A stretch of 64,000 nt of DNA, taken from NCBI GenBank assembly GCA_963693365.1, contig CAVNZM010000001.1:20468125-20532124 (forward strand). The letters run 5' to 3'. Under the pieces are notes generated by a model that saw only the letters and a program-made list of their open reading frames with translations, was not told the origin of the DNA and ran no database searches. Both the position numbers and the translations under genes were made by a program. Below are positions 52,547-63,845 of the stretch, piece after piece. This DNA is from Amoebidium appalachense. Lineage: Eukaryota > Protista > Ichthyosporea. The number at the start of each line of letters is the position of its first letter. The first letter of the stretch is position 1.

Positions 52547-54730
52547 ATACGTGCATGCATGTAATCCTGCCTTTGTTGTGGTTGCTGCAACACGTAGTCA
52601 GTGCCAGGTCACACACGTGGGGTCCACCTCTGCTGCCCATGCTGGCACATGCATACCCCAACCACCCCATACTCATGTTCTTGTGACCAGCACATTCAAC
52701 CCCCCCCCCCCCCCCCCCTCCCCTACCGAAGTTCCCTATGATCATACAGGCACAAACCCGCCTCAACCACTCTCGCCTACCCTGTTTCTGCCCCTCCTCC
52801 CCCCTCCCCCCTTCCCCCCCCTTCCCCCCCCCCTTCCCCCCTCCCCCCCCCCTTCCTCGGCCCCCTCTCCCGGTGTGTGCATGGCCCACCACGTACCCTT
52901 GCCAAACCCAAAGCCCGCACTGGATGCTGCAGCGGCTCCAAATCCCGTGCTTGCTGCGGCCCCAAATGACGGTGTTGCTGCTTGTGTGGCACCAAATCCC
53001 CCACCAAAGCCCCCCTGTGCTGGTGCTGCGGCTCCAAATGCACCCGTAGCAGGGGCACCAAACCCCCCTGTGGGTGCCGTAGTTGTGGTGCCAAACCCTC
53101 CCCCGCTACCAAACCCACCGGCAGCACCAAACCCTGTGAGGCCATGTGTCAGCACATGTGGCCAGGCAGCCAGCCCATGTGCAGGCCCAGGGCCCACCAC
53201 CCACCTCCCGTCTGCTGTGTGGCCGCACCAAACCCGCCTGTTGCTGCCCCAAATCCCCCCGTGGCCGGCTGCTGGCCAAACGTGCCTGCCGGCTTGCCAA
53301 ACCCTCCCGCCGCCGCACCAAATGCCGGTGTTGCTGCCTGCCCAAACCCGGTCTGTGTCGTCTGGGCCCCAAAACCCCCCGTGCTGGCGCCAAACCCCGC
53401 GCCTGCTGCCGGGGCACCAAAACCCCCCGTGGCGGCTGGCTTTTGGCCAAATGCTCCGGCACCAAACCCTGCCACACCCAGGTCAGTTACCCCTCTCTGT
53501 GCAGTGCTTGACCCCAAGAGCACCCAGGCAGCCGGCCTGCTGCCACAGCCAAGAACACAGGCCAGCCATCAAGCACACAGGCCAGCCACCAAGCACACAG
53601 GCCAGCCACCAAGCACACCGGCCACAGCCAAGCACACAGCCACTCACCTCCAGCAGCAGCCCCAAACCCCCCGGTGGCCGCTGGCTGTCCAAACCCTGCA
53701 GCAACCAAGAGCAGTAAGTATTGGGGTGGCAAGGTGGCAACAGTGGTGGGCAGCAATGGTATGCAGAGAACCACAAATGATAGAAGGTTTAGTGCAGCAC
53801 GCACACTGCTGTACACTTATTTCCTTGTGGACACCAAGGCTGTGCAAGTGTGCAAGGGAACCAGGGCAGCGGCTGTTGATGGGATGGGAAAGGGGGAGAA
53901 GGGGAGAGCGAGAGCAGGAGACAGATGGTGGCATGCAGGTCAAGCTTGAAAGAAGGAAGCATGTATCAAACTAAGATAGGAAAGAGCAAGCGGAGGAGAC
54001 GAAGTGGGAAAAGAGCTACTATCTGAGCTTATAATGAACATACATACGGAACCCCTTGCCCACTTCTACTCCCGCAAACTTATCCACAACCCTAAAAACC
54101 CCACCATTCTCCATGTTGTAACCCGCGTATACTAGGCACACATGTACACACAAGCACACAAAAATACACCGACACAAACAAGGGAGCAAAAACACATCGA
54201 AGCGCACAGCCCAAACGCAAATGCGCACGCGCGCGCGCGCGCGCACACACACACACACACACACAACCTGCGCGCGCACACATACAAAGGCACACACACA
54301 AACACGCACGCACACACGACACACACCACAACTGCATGCAGACACAGCCAGGCACAACAGCACCCGCAACCGCACACACATGCAAGCACACACGCATGCA
54401 CGCGCACACAAATAAAACGTCACAGCACACGCTCACGAACGCACGCACACCAACGCACGCACACGCACACCCACAAGCACAAGCACAAGCACAAGCAAGC
54501 ACACATGCAATCACACGCACAAGCACCGAGAAGTCACAAGCATCCTTCTTGCCCCCATTCTCCTCTCACGGCCCCAGCATCCACCAGAACACGCATTACA
54601 TATAATCGGCAAACAGCAGCACGCACAGGCACCAAAGCACAGACACGGGGGGTACTTTTTGTCCCTGCATACCCCCAGCTGCGGCACCAAAGCCTCCTCC
54701 CCCACCAAACGTTTGAGCCGAACCGAACAT
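46276..54730 (-). CDS. NUP98: Nup98-family FG nucleoporin (FG repeats, GLEBS, C-terminal autopeptidase-like domain) with no HF|S site and no Nup96 (13 exons)
   Basis: Exons (minus): 54730-54673, 53695-53648, 53468-53205, 53133-52897, 52083-52009, 51364-51213, 51014-50393, 49981-49862, 49521-49360, 48983-48637, 48151-47923, 47307-47043, 46432-46276. Starts [10 protein letters not shown], with GGFG/PAFG/GLFG repeats. [30 protein letters not shown]-domain [59 protein letters not shown]. Confidence 0.9.
50560..50890 (-). repeat. Coding minisatellite (24-27-bp units) encoding tandem TPAFGA(A/T)TQ FG repeats
   Basis: Plus-strand unit CCAAATGCCGGTGTTTGTGT..GCT repeated about 12 times inside Nup98 exon 7, all length variants multiples of 3. 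Confidence 0.9.
53530..53642. repeat. ~20-bp tandem repeat (GCCAGCCACCAAGCACACAG, about 5 copies) in Nup98 intron 2
   Basis: Directly visible head-to-tail copies. Confidence 0.8.
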
Positions 54731-54940
54731 CTTTGCTGTTAGCTGCTGGCCCACAAAGGTGATGAATACAACCCCACAATCTCACACACGTGGTAGTCCT
54801 CCCTGCACTAGGCGTATACCCACTGCCCTCTTACACTCCAACCAACCCCTTCGTGCCCCTATGCTAGTACCACTGTTCCCTGCCTGCCACAGTGTCACAG
54901 TGCCACCCTCCGAACGTTAAAGTTCCCTCCGATATTATAG

Positions 54941-55386
54941 GGCTAACGCGCTATTAGAGAGTGTATACACCAATCAAATGAGCGCCAATCCTGCGCAACG
55001 TCTGATGTGACTCATGTGGCCACATCAGTGCGTTTTTGAGACTAGAGACCACAAAAGCAATAAAAAACTCGAAAAATGTGACACGCAGCAAAAAGAGTTA
55101 TAAATTTGTTTCAGATAATTTGAGTTGCAACAAAATAGGGCATCGCTAGAGCGACTTTTACTGACCTGCTGGTCCCGCCCGGAGTTAGTATACTCTGTGG
55201 ATACGCCGCTATGCAAAAGTTGTATTGACAAATCTTATTTAATGACGTCACACAATCCCAGCAAGGAAGTTGTACTATTTTGAATGCCGTCAAATTGCGC
55301 ATGATAGCTAGCGAATCGAATCTGGTATTCACCTCGTATTTGATTGGTGTATACACGGACTATGTGGCAATTAGGACGCGTTAGCC
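54941..55386. mobile_element. Inner 446-bp inverted-repeat cassette (PIF/Harbinger-type MITE-like), flanked by TAG on both sides
   Basis: GGCTAACGCG (54941-54950) pairs with CGCGTTAGCC (55377-55386). Perfect 19-bp GTGTATACACCAATCAAAT (54961-54979) pairs with ATTTGATTGGTGTATACAC (55338-55356). TAG at 54938-54940 and 55387-55389. Contains CCAAT boxes, TGACTCA (55008-55014) and TGACGTCA (55243-55250). Confidence 0.65.
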
Positions 55387-57449
55387 TAGAATCGATCCTC
55401 CCCTTCTTCAGTCCCGATGCCATATGGTCTGTGATATCTAGTTATAGCTCTAGTAAGTCTTGTGGACCTGATGGACTCCCTGCTGGGTTTCTTAAAATCC
55501 TTGTTCCCTCCTACCCACAAAAGGAAAGTGATCGTGCTATTAAACCTGATCTTACTATCATGTTAAGCTCTCTCTTTTCTTGGTGTGTTAAATGTGGACA
55601 TGTCCCGTCATCTTGGTTAGATACCTTAGTGATCCCCATAGTTAAGAAGGACTCTGAGGGCCCCATATCATCCTTTCGCCCCATTACACTAACCCAGGTT
55701 GTTCGTAGATTCTTTGAAGCTTGCTTACTTAGGTTATTTGCACATCACCCTAGGTTTCAATCTATTCTTCACATACACCCATGCCAATCCGCTTTTCGTA
55801 AAAACAATTCATGTTATGTTCAAATAATGGCACTGCACGATTCTATGCAAGTTGGTGCACAATATGTTGGCTTTATTGATTGGAAAACTGCTTACGATTC
55901 TGTCTCCCCTGGTCTCCTATGGGAAAAGCTTGCTGCACGGGGTGTACCACACTGCATTGGTGTTCTGTTAGAAGCACTCTTGTCTCAAACCTATGGTAGA
56001 GCTGTGGTTAATGGGCATCTTTCATATGGTTTTGCTCGTACTAGAGGTCTCTTGCAGGGTTCATTGCTTAGCCCCTTTTTGTTTAACCTATTTATAGATG
56101 ATTTGGCTGTCAAGATTTACGCCGAAAACGATGACCCTATTAATAACTTTCCGCCTGCACTTCTCTATGCTGATGATCTGTCCCTCCTTGCCCGTACCCC
56201 TAGACGCCTGCAAAGATTGTTCGATGTAGTGTCAGAGTGGTGCAAGGCAAACCTTATGATCCTTAACATAGACAAATGTGGTGTTCTTGTACCTGATATA
56301 GCTAACAATTTACACACATTTACATTATCATCTAAACCTGTACCTATAGTTCCAGAATACAAATATCTTGGTGTTCCGGTTGATTCTGTTGGTGTTATGT
56401 TTCCCCATATGGTCGAAAAGAGGGTAGAGCTGGCTCGTAAGCGGTTAGCTTTCTTCTCGGCTAATATTTTTAAAGACACACCCCTCCATCCTTCTATTAG
56501 ACTTACATTTATTCGCACTTTTGTCTTCCCGGCATGTGAATATGGTTTACCCCTTCTCGCCGCTTGGATCAAGAAAGAGAGAACTAGAGCGCTTAAACCC
56601 TTGGCAAATTTCCTTGAAGCAGAAGTTGCCTCCTTTCTATCTAACAACTGTTGTAAACCTGGGCCTGTAACGCTCTCGATATATGGTCTGGTCCCAATAG
56701 CTGCTAGAGTATCCTATCTCGCGCTGAAATTCAATAAGCACATAAGCCGCTTAAAGAAGTATTTGCCCTCCCACCCTCTCTTCTCTATCCGACCTGTCCC
56801 CTCCTCACCTCTCCCCTCTTTCCTCCCCTCTCTCTCCCCTTCTCCCCTGGGCACAAATACAAATAAACCCCGCAATAGTGTGTGTGTGACTTTGGACTGC
56901 CACTTACTTATTAAACATGTACACAATCACAAGATAATCACGCAATATAACAAATGGAAAAAGATACCACACGACACTAGACCCGATGAAAGCATACACC
57001 TTGAAAAACTAAGCCTTATGTCTCGTTTTATATATACTGACCGCCTCAACCATATTGCCAAATATGGCACTCGCAAGTGTATAACACCTAAATACATATT
57101 ACCTTCCTGTAGAACTGGTCTTTCTCTAGCTGATGGTATTATTGATCAATTACCACGCTTTTACTGTACACGTGCTATACAGTGGAGATCTAATAAGTAT
57201 AAGGTGGCATCATTTGCATGCCCAAACAACACACACACACACCAGTTTAACCGGTCATGTATCGCCAAATGTAGTTTGATAGACCACATAATACCGCAAC
57301 ACACACACGTCACATTCACAACAGACACCCAGAAAGATAGCCTACCTGTAAATTACAACATCCTTGATTTTATACTAAACACGCGTAACTACGACCTGTT
57401 TATTAGATGTATTGATTGGCTTGAGAAACACATCACTACAAAATTATAG
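55362..57449 (+). CDS. Intact intronless non-LTR (LINE-type) reverse transcriptase, ~695 aa, no endonuclease domain
   Basis: RT motifs KSCGPDGL, VPSSW..VIPIVKK, FRPITL, QSAFR, FIDWKTAYDSV, GLLQGSLLSPFLFNLFIDDL, LYADD, YKYLGV. C-terminal Cys/His segment CPNNTHTHQFNRSCIAKC and NILDFILN. First ATG (55362) lies in the inner inverted repeat and RT homology starts immediately after it. Followed by (CA)n and A31 (57557-57587). Confidence 0.93.
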   Translation: MWQLGRVSLESILPFFSPDAIWSVISSYSSSKSCGPDGLPAGFLKILVPSYPQKESDRAIKPDLTIMLSSLFSWCVKCGHVPSSWLDTLVIPIVKKDSEGPISSFRPITLTQVVRRFFEACLLRLFAHHPRFQSILHIHPCQSAFRKNNSCYVQIMALHDSMQVGAQYVGFIDWKTAYDSVSPGLLWEKLAARGVPHCIGVLLEALLSQTYGRAVVNGHLSYGFARTRGLLQGSLLSPFLFNLFIDDLAVKIYAENDDPINNFPPALLYADDLSLLARTPRRLQRLFDVVSEWCKANLMILNIDKCGVLVPDIANNLHTFTLSSKPVPIVPEYKYLGVPVDSVGVMFPHMVEKRVELARKRLAFFSANIFKDTPLHPSIRLTFIRTFVFPACEYGLPLLAAWIKKERTRALKPLANFLEAEVASFLSNNCCKPGPVTLSIYGLVPIAARVSYLALKFNKHISRLKKYLPSHPLFSIRPVPSSPLPSFLPSLSPSPLGTNTNKPRNSVCVTLDCHLLIKHVHNHKIITQYNKWKKIPHDTRPDESIHLEKLSLMSRFIYTDRLNHIAKYGTRKCITPKYILPSCRTGLSLADGIIDQLPRFYCTRAIQWRSNKYKVASFACPNNTHTHQFNRSCIAKCSLIDHIIPQHTHVTFTTDTQKDSLPVNYNILDFILNTRNYDLFIRCIDWLEKHITTKL

Positions 57450-57469
57450 CGCACGCGCACACACACACA

Positions 57470-57520
<51 letters not shown>

Positions 57521-57552
57521 CCAGCTGATACCGAGTGTCCCGAGGGGAGCCC

Positions 57553-57588
<36 letters not shown>

Positions 57589-58435
57589 GGGGAACCCCAA
57601 CTAATTGATTTCTCCTTGTAGTCTTTATGGTGTCTCGTAGAGAAAGTAAACCCTGATATATAGTCACCACCCGACATCTATGTACGTGATCATGATATAC
57701 CGCTGAGGGGATATTCCGAGCAAAACCCCCCCCCCCCATACCTGAGACTGGTTCTCTTTGCCTCGAGTAAACAGCGTAAACCCCTTAGCCCTATATAATA
57801 TTGTAGGGAACTTTAACGGCGCCTGCTGCACATTGAAGCTGCTCATGCTGCTATTTATACCAGATTACTAATGACATTTACGCAAAACAACAGCCAATCA
57901 CCAGCCGCCATCAAATTTTTGGAGGGAAAGCCCTGGATTGGAAAAGCCTCGGGAGAAAAATTCTCTGTGAAACAGTATCGAGACTGGAGAGCCCGGAGCC
58001 TCGAAGTGACAGTTTTCAAAAGGAAAAGTGGGAACAGCGCATATACATGGAGGAGAAGATTGGTTTGTTATGAGTGATCACTCGCCTAAAGGTGTAGAAG
58101 ATAAGGAAGATTGAGAGACAAGCGAAACAGGTTGTCTTACCCCATCCGTCCTCTCCTCTCTCCCTCCCCCTTTTTTTTTTACGGACGTAGTTTTTTGCCC
58201 TTGCTGACTCACAGAACAATAGGCTACTGCACACAGTATTGGCTTTTCAGTGTCGAGGTTAACTTGCCTCAGTCTAAAGAAAGACTCAGGCAAGCAGTAT
58301 TGTTTTCGTCAACACCCTTTTTACATGGGTGTTGCGTGCTCAATTGTTGCACTTCGGACAGCTTCAAGAACATTACTTTCGAATAACATCTCCCTTCAAG
58401 TTGGGTTTCAAGGACAGTGTGCTCCTTGGTCAAAT

Positions 58436-59946
58436 ATGGGGACCCAGAAGTGCCAAAATTGGACTACCTTCGAGCAGCTCCCCGACTGTGTGTGGCGGCG
58501 TGTGTTCGCGCTCCTTCCTCTAGAAGACCTATGGCAGGTCCGTGGGGTGAGCAAGGCCCTGCAAGCACACCTCCGAGATTATTCACCGTTTGTGCACAGG
58601 TAAGGCTCTATGTACGTATTGTTAGAGTCAGTAACAGTGTTCCTTGTTATAAGGTTGAATTTGGTGCCCGTTCTGTGGTTAGGATACGTTTTTGCACGTA
58701 GCAGTGTCTTTGCTCGTGTGGACTTGCTTGACTGCATTTTGCTTAGGAGAGCAGCATTGCTTACAGCCACACACCTGCAGCCTTAAGCTGAGCCATCTTG
58801 ATGGTCACCACTTCAGTGGCATGCACCTTCGTGCGCTTCTGCGGTTCTTTTCCCACGTGACTGCCATCGTCCTGCCCTACCGCAAAGTGTCCAACGACCA
58901 CATGTTGGCCATTGCAGGGCATGACTCTCACATCCAAGCCCTCACCCTTCCCCACAGCCCAACGGGAGGGGTCGTGCACAAGTGCACTTTGCAGCAGTTC
59001 TGCAGCTTGGTGCAGCACTTGGCCCCTCGGCTCCAGTACCTGGCGGTGTCCATGCAGAGCATGGTGCTGGAAAGGCAGATACCCCCCGTGCCTGTCCCCT
59101 CCCACGAAAGCGTCTTTGAAATGCTCGTGGAAACATGCACCAACCTACGCACGCTGAAAATCAACGACGTCATCGAGCATGATGACGATCCTACAGCAGC
59201 TGTGCCGGCCCGCAGCCTCAACCTTCGCGAGTTCCACCTGACGGCCACCTGCTCGTGGCAGTCGTGCTGCCGCACTGGTGACGCGATGATAGGCAGGCTG
59301 GTGCGGCGTATGCCCCTGCTGATCGAGCTGAACATAGTCAACGTGGCCGTCACCCCTGGGATACTCGACCTTATCGGGTCTGTGTGCCCGCTGCTAGAGC
59401 GGTTCCACTTTGGCTGCGACCTGTGGGAGTACTGGTTCTACCCCGACACGGAGGACCTGCCCCAGGTCCTGCCCCGCCTCATCCCCACGGCAGACCATGT
59501 CCTGGCCGCAGCCAGGCATCTACCACAGCTGCGTGAGTTGGGGGTGTACTTTGGGGACAACGCAGTGACGCCTGAGGTCATGGGGGTGCTGAGAAGGGCC
59601 TGCCCGCAGCTGTGTCGGCTGGTGCTGTATGTGAACTACATCAACCCGCAGGACCTGGAACAGGCCACACAGGACTGCCAGCTTCCACAGGTGGGTCTTG
59701 AGTCGTTTGTTTGTTTTTTCCTCAAGATGGTGGTTGGGGTTGTTAAGCGGTGAACGAGGATGTGGGTGCCTTGCAATACTGTATGTGGTGTTAGAATGGT
59801 CTTGGGCAAGGTGGGTGACGGTCACTGTGGGAGGAAGTTGAGTGGGGGGGAAGGGAAAATGGGTTGGTGGATGTCCGGAGAAAAGTGTAGAAGTGGTCAG
59901 AATTCAGAGGACGCAGGGGAAAATTGCGAAAGCCGGAGTGAAAATA

Positions 59947-60006
<60 letters not shown>

Positions 60007-60107
60007 AGGTCAAGGGTTGTAGACGGATTGTGTAGATGAGTTCTGTAAGGCTGACCACCAGAGCAGTAGCCAGATGTGGTTTCGTTTGGGCACCACAATC
60101 TCCCCCC

Positions 60108-60155
<48 letters not shown>

Positions 60156-60595
60156 CCCCCGGCCTGCCCACCGTCCCTTCCGCCCTCCCCACATGCCTTT
60201 GGAGGGGAGAAGATGAGGAAGGGAGAAGGGGAGGGGGAGGGGGGAGGGGTTTGGCTTTCTCTATTTCTCCCCAGCCCTTTCCTTCTCCCTTTACTTTTGA
60301 TTCTCATTGGATCTCTCTTACACAGGTGCACACACTGGAGCTTTTTGGCTGTGTTAGCCGGCCACTGTACGAGCTACCTATCCCCCACTCGGATGCAAGG
60401 GTGAGCCGGCCACGGCCCCTCTCAGCCGCCACCATAGGCCACCTGCAGGGCCTACTGCCTAATCTGCGCCGCATGGTCACGGTGGGCAGTGTGCAGGCCA
60501 GTCTGAGTGACGACATACCATATGTACCCACATGCAGGCCTGACCCAACAACAGACTTTGAAAACGCACCACCATTTGGTGCCGGCGTTGTGTAG
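58436..60595 (+). CDS. F-box protein with LRR-like repeats (FBXL-like), 3 exons
   Basis: Exons 58436-58599, 58781-59690, 60326-60595. F-box FEQLPDCVWRRVFALLPLEDLWQVRGVSKAL. LRR-like repeats CTNLRTLKI, MPLLIELNI, CPLLERFHF, LPQLRELGV, CPQLCRLVL, LPNLRRM. Confidence 0.85.
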
Positions 60596-62049
60596 CGGCC
60601 ATGGTAGATATAGGTGACATTACAATGGTTGGTGCTTTTTTGGTGCGGTTTGATGTGCACATGTTTGGTATATTAGTCGGTCCCTTATGAGTTGCACAGG
60701 GTACCGCCTGCATACGAATCTTACAATTCTGTACCGTCTTTTGTCGGCTCAGGCTCCGGAGCCAGTTTTGCCAGATATCTGTGTCGAACAATGGTTGACT
60801 TGAAGTGGTAATGTTTACAGTACGGTATTCGTGCATGTCCAATATTTGGTGCTGTGATCACGATACGCACAGCAAAAGTACAGTGTTGTACTTTGGACCA
60901 ACCTCAACACGTGCTATGCTAGAACCATGTTTGGTGGTTGGCGTGGGTAGTGTGCATGGCCGCTAATGGTGCAGCCGTTAAACGTTGAGCCCATGCGCAT
61001 GCCACGGATATTAGTCAAACAGTATATCAGCAGTTGTACAATTATAAAGGGTTAACGTTGCGCAAAATCTACTATTAGTAACCATGGGTATCAATGAGCA
61101 TTTTGACGTTTTGTGCCGGGCACACTAGCTAGGGCCTTAAAAGGGGTTTCTTTTAGGCCGATTATTTGTCCCCATTCCAGCACATCCGGTTCAAGCCATT
61201 TGTTCAGCATATAAATCACTGATATGAACTGCAATCTTCTTTCTAATGCTTTATTATTATTATTCCCGTCTTTAATTCTTTTTTTTTTCTCTTTTCTTTT
61301 TCTTTTTTGTTGTATTATGGCGCATCTGAACCTCACTGCGGGCAAAACGATGGTGCGCAGCTGCACGCCAATCATATAGCTAGAATTCCCTCTGACCCGA
61401 CCCGGCCCGAAAGTCTAAAGAAACCCCCTTTAAGCACGTGTCAATCCCCAACAGTCCCCAACATCCATTATGATCAACCACCGTTATAAATGAACCGACG
61501 AGGGGTTTATTATGCAAATGCACGTGCACCCACCCACACAGACACATCCGTGTGTGCCTCCCTGCACTGCAGGCTACACACGCATATTTCATGACAGCGA
61601 ATGCATGACAGTAATATTTTCGGAAAGAAAAATATCACACATGCATAGTCGAGAGAGCGCGCACGGACACACACCAGTTGCAGGTGTCCACACACATCCT
61701 CATATGAGATAATCAGACAAACACCGCCCCACACCCACACCCACCCCTAACCCAGCCATACACGTCGATTCTTGAATGTTCCTGCAAGGCTCGGTCAACA
61801 CCGGCCACCATCACAACATCAAGACTATGCAACCTCACAATATATAAATGCAGCGCTGGAATGGGAATATGTGTGGCAGGCATCACGGCAAGGTAGATAC
61901 TCGCTTAAATTATGGAAACCGCTGCGGGCTACTTATTAGCTATCGTGTGCAAAGGCGGCTATTTTCATCAGTGGTATAGTGAGTGAAACACCGTCATCAT
62001 ATAGTTTCATAGCGAAAGGGGAAGAAAAATGGGCCGTAATAGCAACCTA

Positions 62050-62583
62050 TCAATGCTCGTCTGTTTTAGCCTTTTTAATCGCATGGGCCTCCTCCTTCTC
62101 CTCCTTTGCATCTTCGCTTGCTTCACTCCTCTCCACCTCCCCCTCCTTCCCCTTATCGTCCTCTGCCGGTCGCTTTTCGCCTTTTGTGTCCTCGGCTGCT
62201 GCTTGAGCCTGAGCCAGCATGCCCATGTCCTGTGCAGAAACACATTAACCCTCGTTCCCCTCAAACCTCCTCAAGGGGCAGGAAAAAAGAAAGGAAAAAG
62301 ATGACGGCAAAGAAGCGGGAAAAAATACTGAAGAAGAAAAAAAAAACCAATGCAAAGGGGGGGGATGCGCGCCGCACACACACGCACACACTTGCATGCC
62401 GAACGCACACACATCAGCGTGCCCTGAAAACAGGGGGGGGGGGGGGGGGGGGAGTTTCACAAACAAAAAGAAACACATGACCACACAAGTCCACACAGAA
62501 AACACACACACACAAACACACACAAACACACAAGTACAGCCCCTTCCCCACCGGCACACACCGCGCACGCGCATACCCACACA

Positions 62584-62615
<32 letters not shown>

Positions 62616-63078
62616 TCCCTCCCCCCCGCCCCCTCAACACACAACCACACACGCAACACACCCTCAAGCATCCCCAACTACTACCCACCCCACTAGCATG
62701 GTGCACCGGTAACCCCGTGTGGGTCACCCTACACACATACACTGGACCCTGCCAGGCAGATGGACAAAGAGTGTACAACGTGACTCACTCTATGTCGTAT
62801 CATGCTGGTGCAACTCGACCAACACAAATCACTACGTGCATATGGGGGGATGCCTGCATGCACCAGTAGTGCAAGGTGATGCGGCATGCAAAAGGTTGTG
62901 GGGTTGTTCGATGTGTGCATGTGTGCCTGATCATGTTGCCAACAGTCTGTGCATTTCTGCAGAGACGTGTGTGTGCATTTGTGGATGTGTGTCTGTGTGT
63001 CAGTCGCTCTCTCTGTCAGTCTCTCTCTCCCTCTCTGTGTGTGTGTATGAGCGGGTGGATGCGAGAGCAATACGGCCA

Positions 63079-63109
<31 letters not shown>

Positions 63110-63670
63110 ACGCGCGTGTGTGTGTGACGGAGTTGAAACAGGTAGCTTCTTCGAAAAAGGGGTAGGTCGGCAAGCTTTTTCTTCTTCGGTTTTCTTCTTT
63201 CTTCGTTCTTTGGTATGGTGATGGTGGTGGTAATGGTGGTGGCCTCCGAGGGGAAGGGGGGGGAGGGGCTACGTACGACCGAGACCACCATGAGCATCTT
63301 TGTGCTGTTAGCTGCACTCATGGGGATCTTATACGTCATGAAGGGGTGCTGCCGGCCATGGCTGTCAACAACAACATCCAGGGGGGTCACGGACATCTGC
63401 ACCACACACGGTCAGCATGCCGTGTGCTTTTATTCACAAAGAGAACAGAGAAGGACACTGGATGGGCCCACAGTGAACGGCATGGCTATGCTTGCAGATG
63501 GGCACACACCACATCACGCAACAGTCTACGGGATTTCCCCGTGAATACACACGAATAGGTCATGAGACTCATCGTGTTAAAACAGCCATCAAAGATTATG
63601 GAGACACATGTGTTGTCTGCTTGCTTGTGACAAACATCCAACAAATACAAACAAGCTTGTGCGTGTGTGT

Positions 63671-63701
<31 letters not shown>

Positions 63702-63798
63702 GGGGGGGGGGGGAGGGGGGGGGGGAGGGAGGGAGGAATGGGCATGATACCCGTGCTTCGACCCATTCGCCTTGCGTGGGCGCGCACACGTTGGCGTG

Positions 63799-63845
<47 letters not shown>

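Larger units (their letters stand above)
54917..57816. mobile_element. TIR-bounded element with TTAA target duplication (Kolobok-like termini) carrying an RT ORF
   Basis: Left: TTAA (54917-54920) + AGTTCCCTCCGATATTATAGGGCTAA. Right, reverse-complemented: TTAA (57813-57816) + AGTTCCCTACAATATTATATAGGGCTAA. The two differ by 2 substitutions and a 2-nt indel. 5'-AG...CT-3' termini with TTAA TSD are typical of Kolobok. No transposase inside. Confidence 0.7.

Noticed and set aside
56970-57020. RPD tripeptide in the RT C-terminus as a restriction-like (REL) endonuclease motif
   Set aside because: Not preceded by a CCHC knuckle and lacks the downstream D/ExK spacing, so there is no support for an R2-type endonuclease.
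55362-57449. RT as telomerase, retron, group II intron or DGR RT (tempting given STN1 nearby)
   Set aside because: The motifs (GPDG, W..IPI.KK, RPI.L, QG..LSP.LF, YADD, YKYLGV) are those of non-LTR retrotransposons. STN1 is more than 30 kb away with no evident link.
54921-57812. Long terminal direct repeats (LTR-type structure)
   Set aside because: The left 54921-55386 and right 57588-57812 segments share only the short inverted termini, with no direct repeat.
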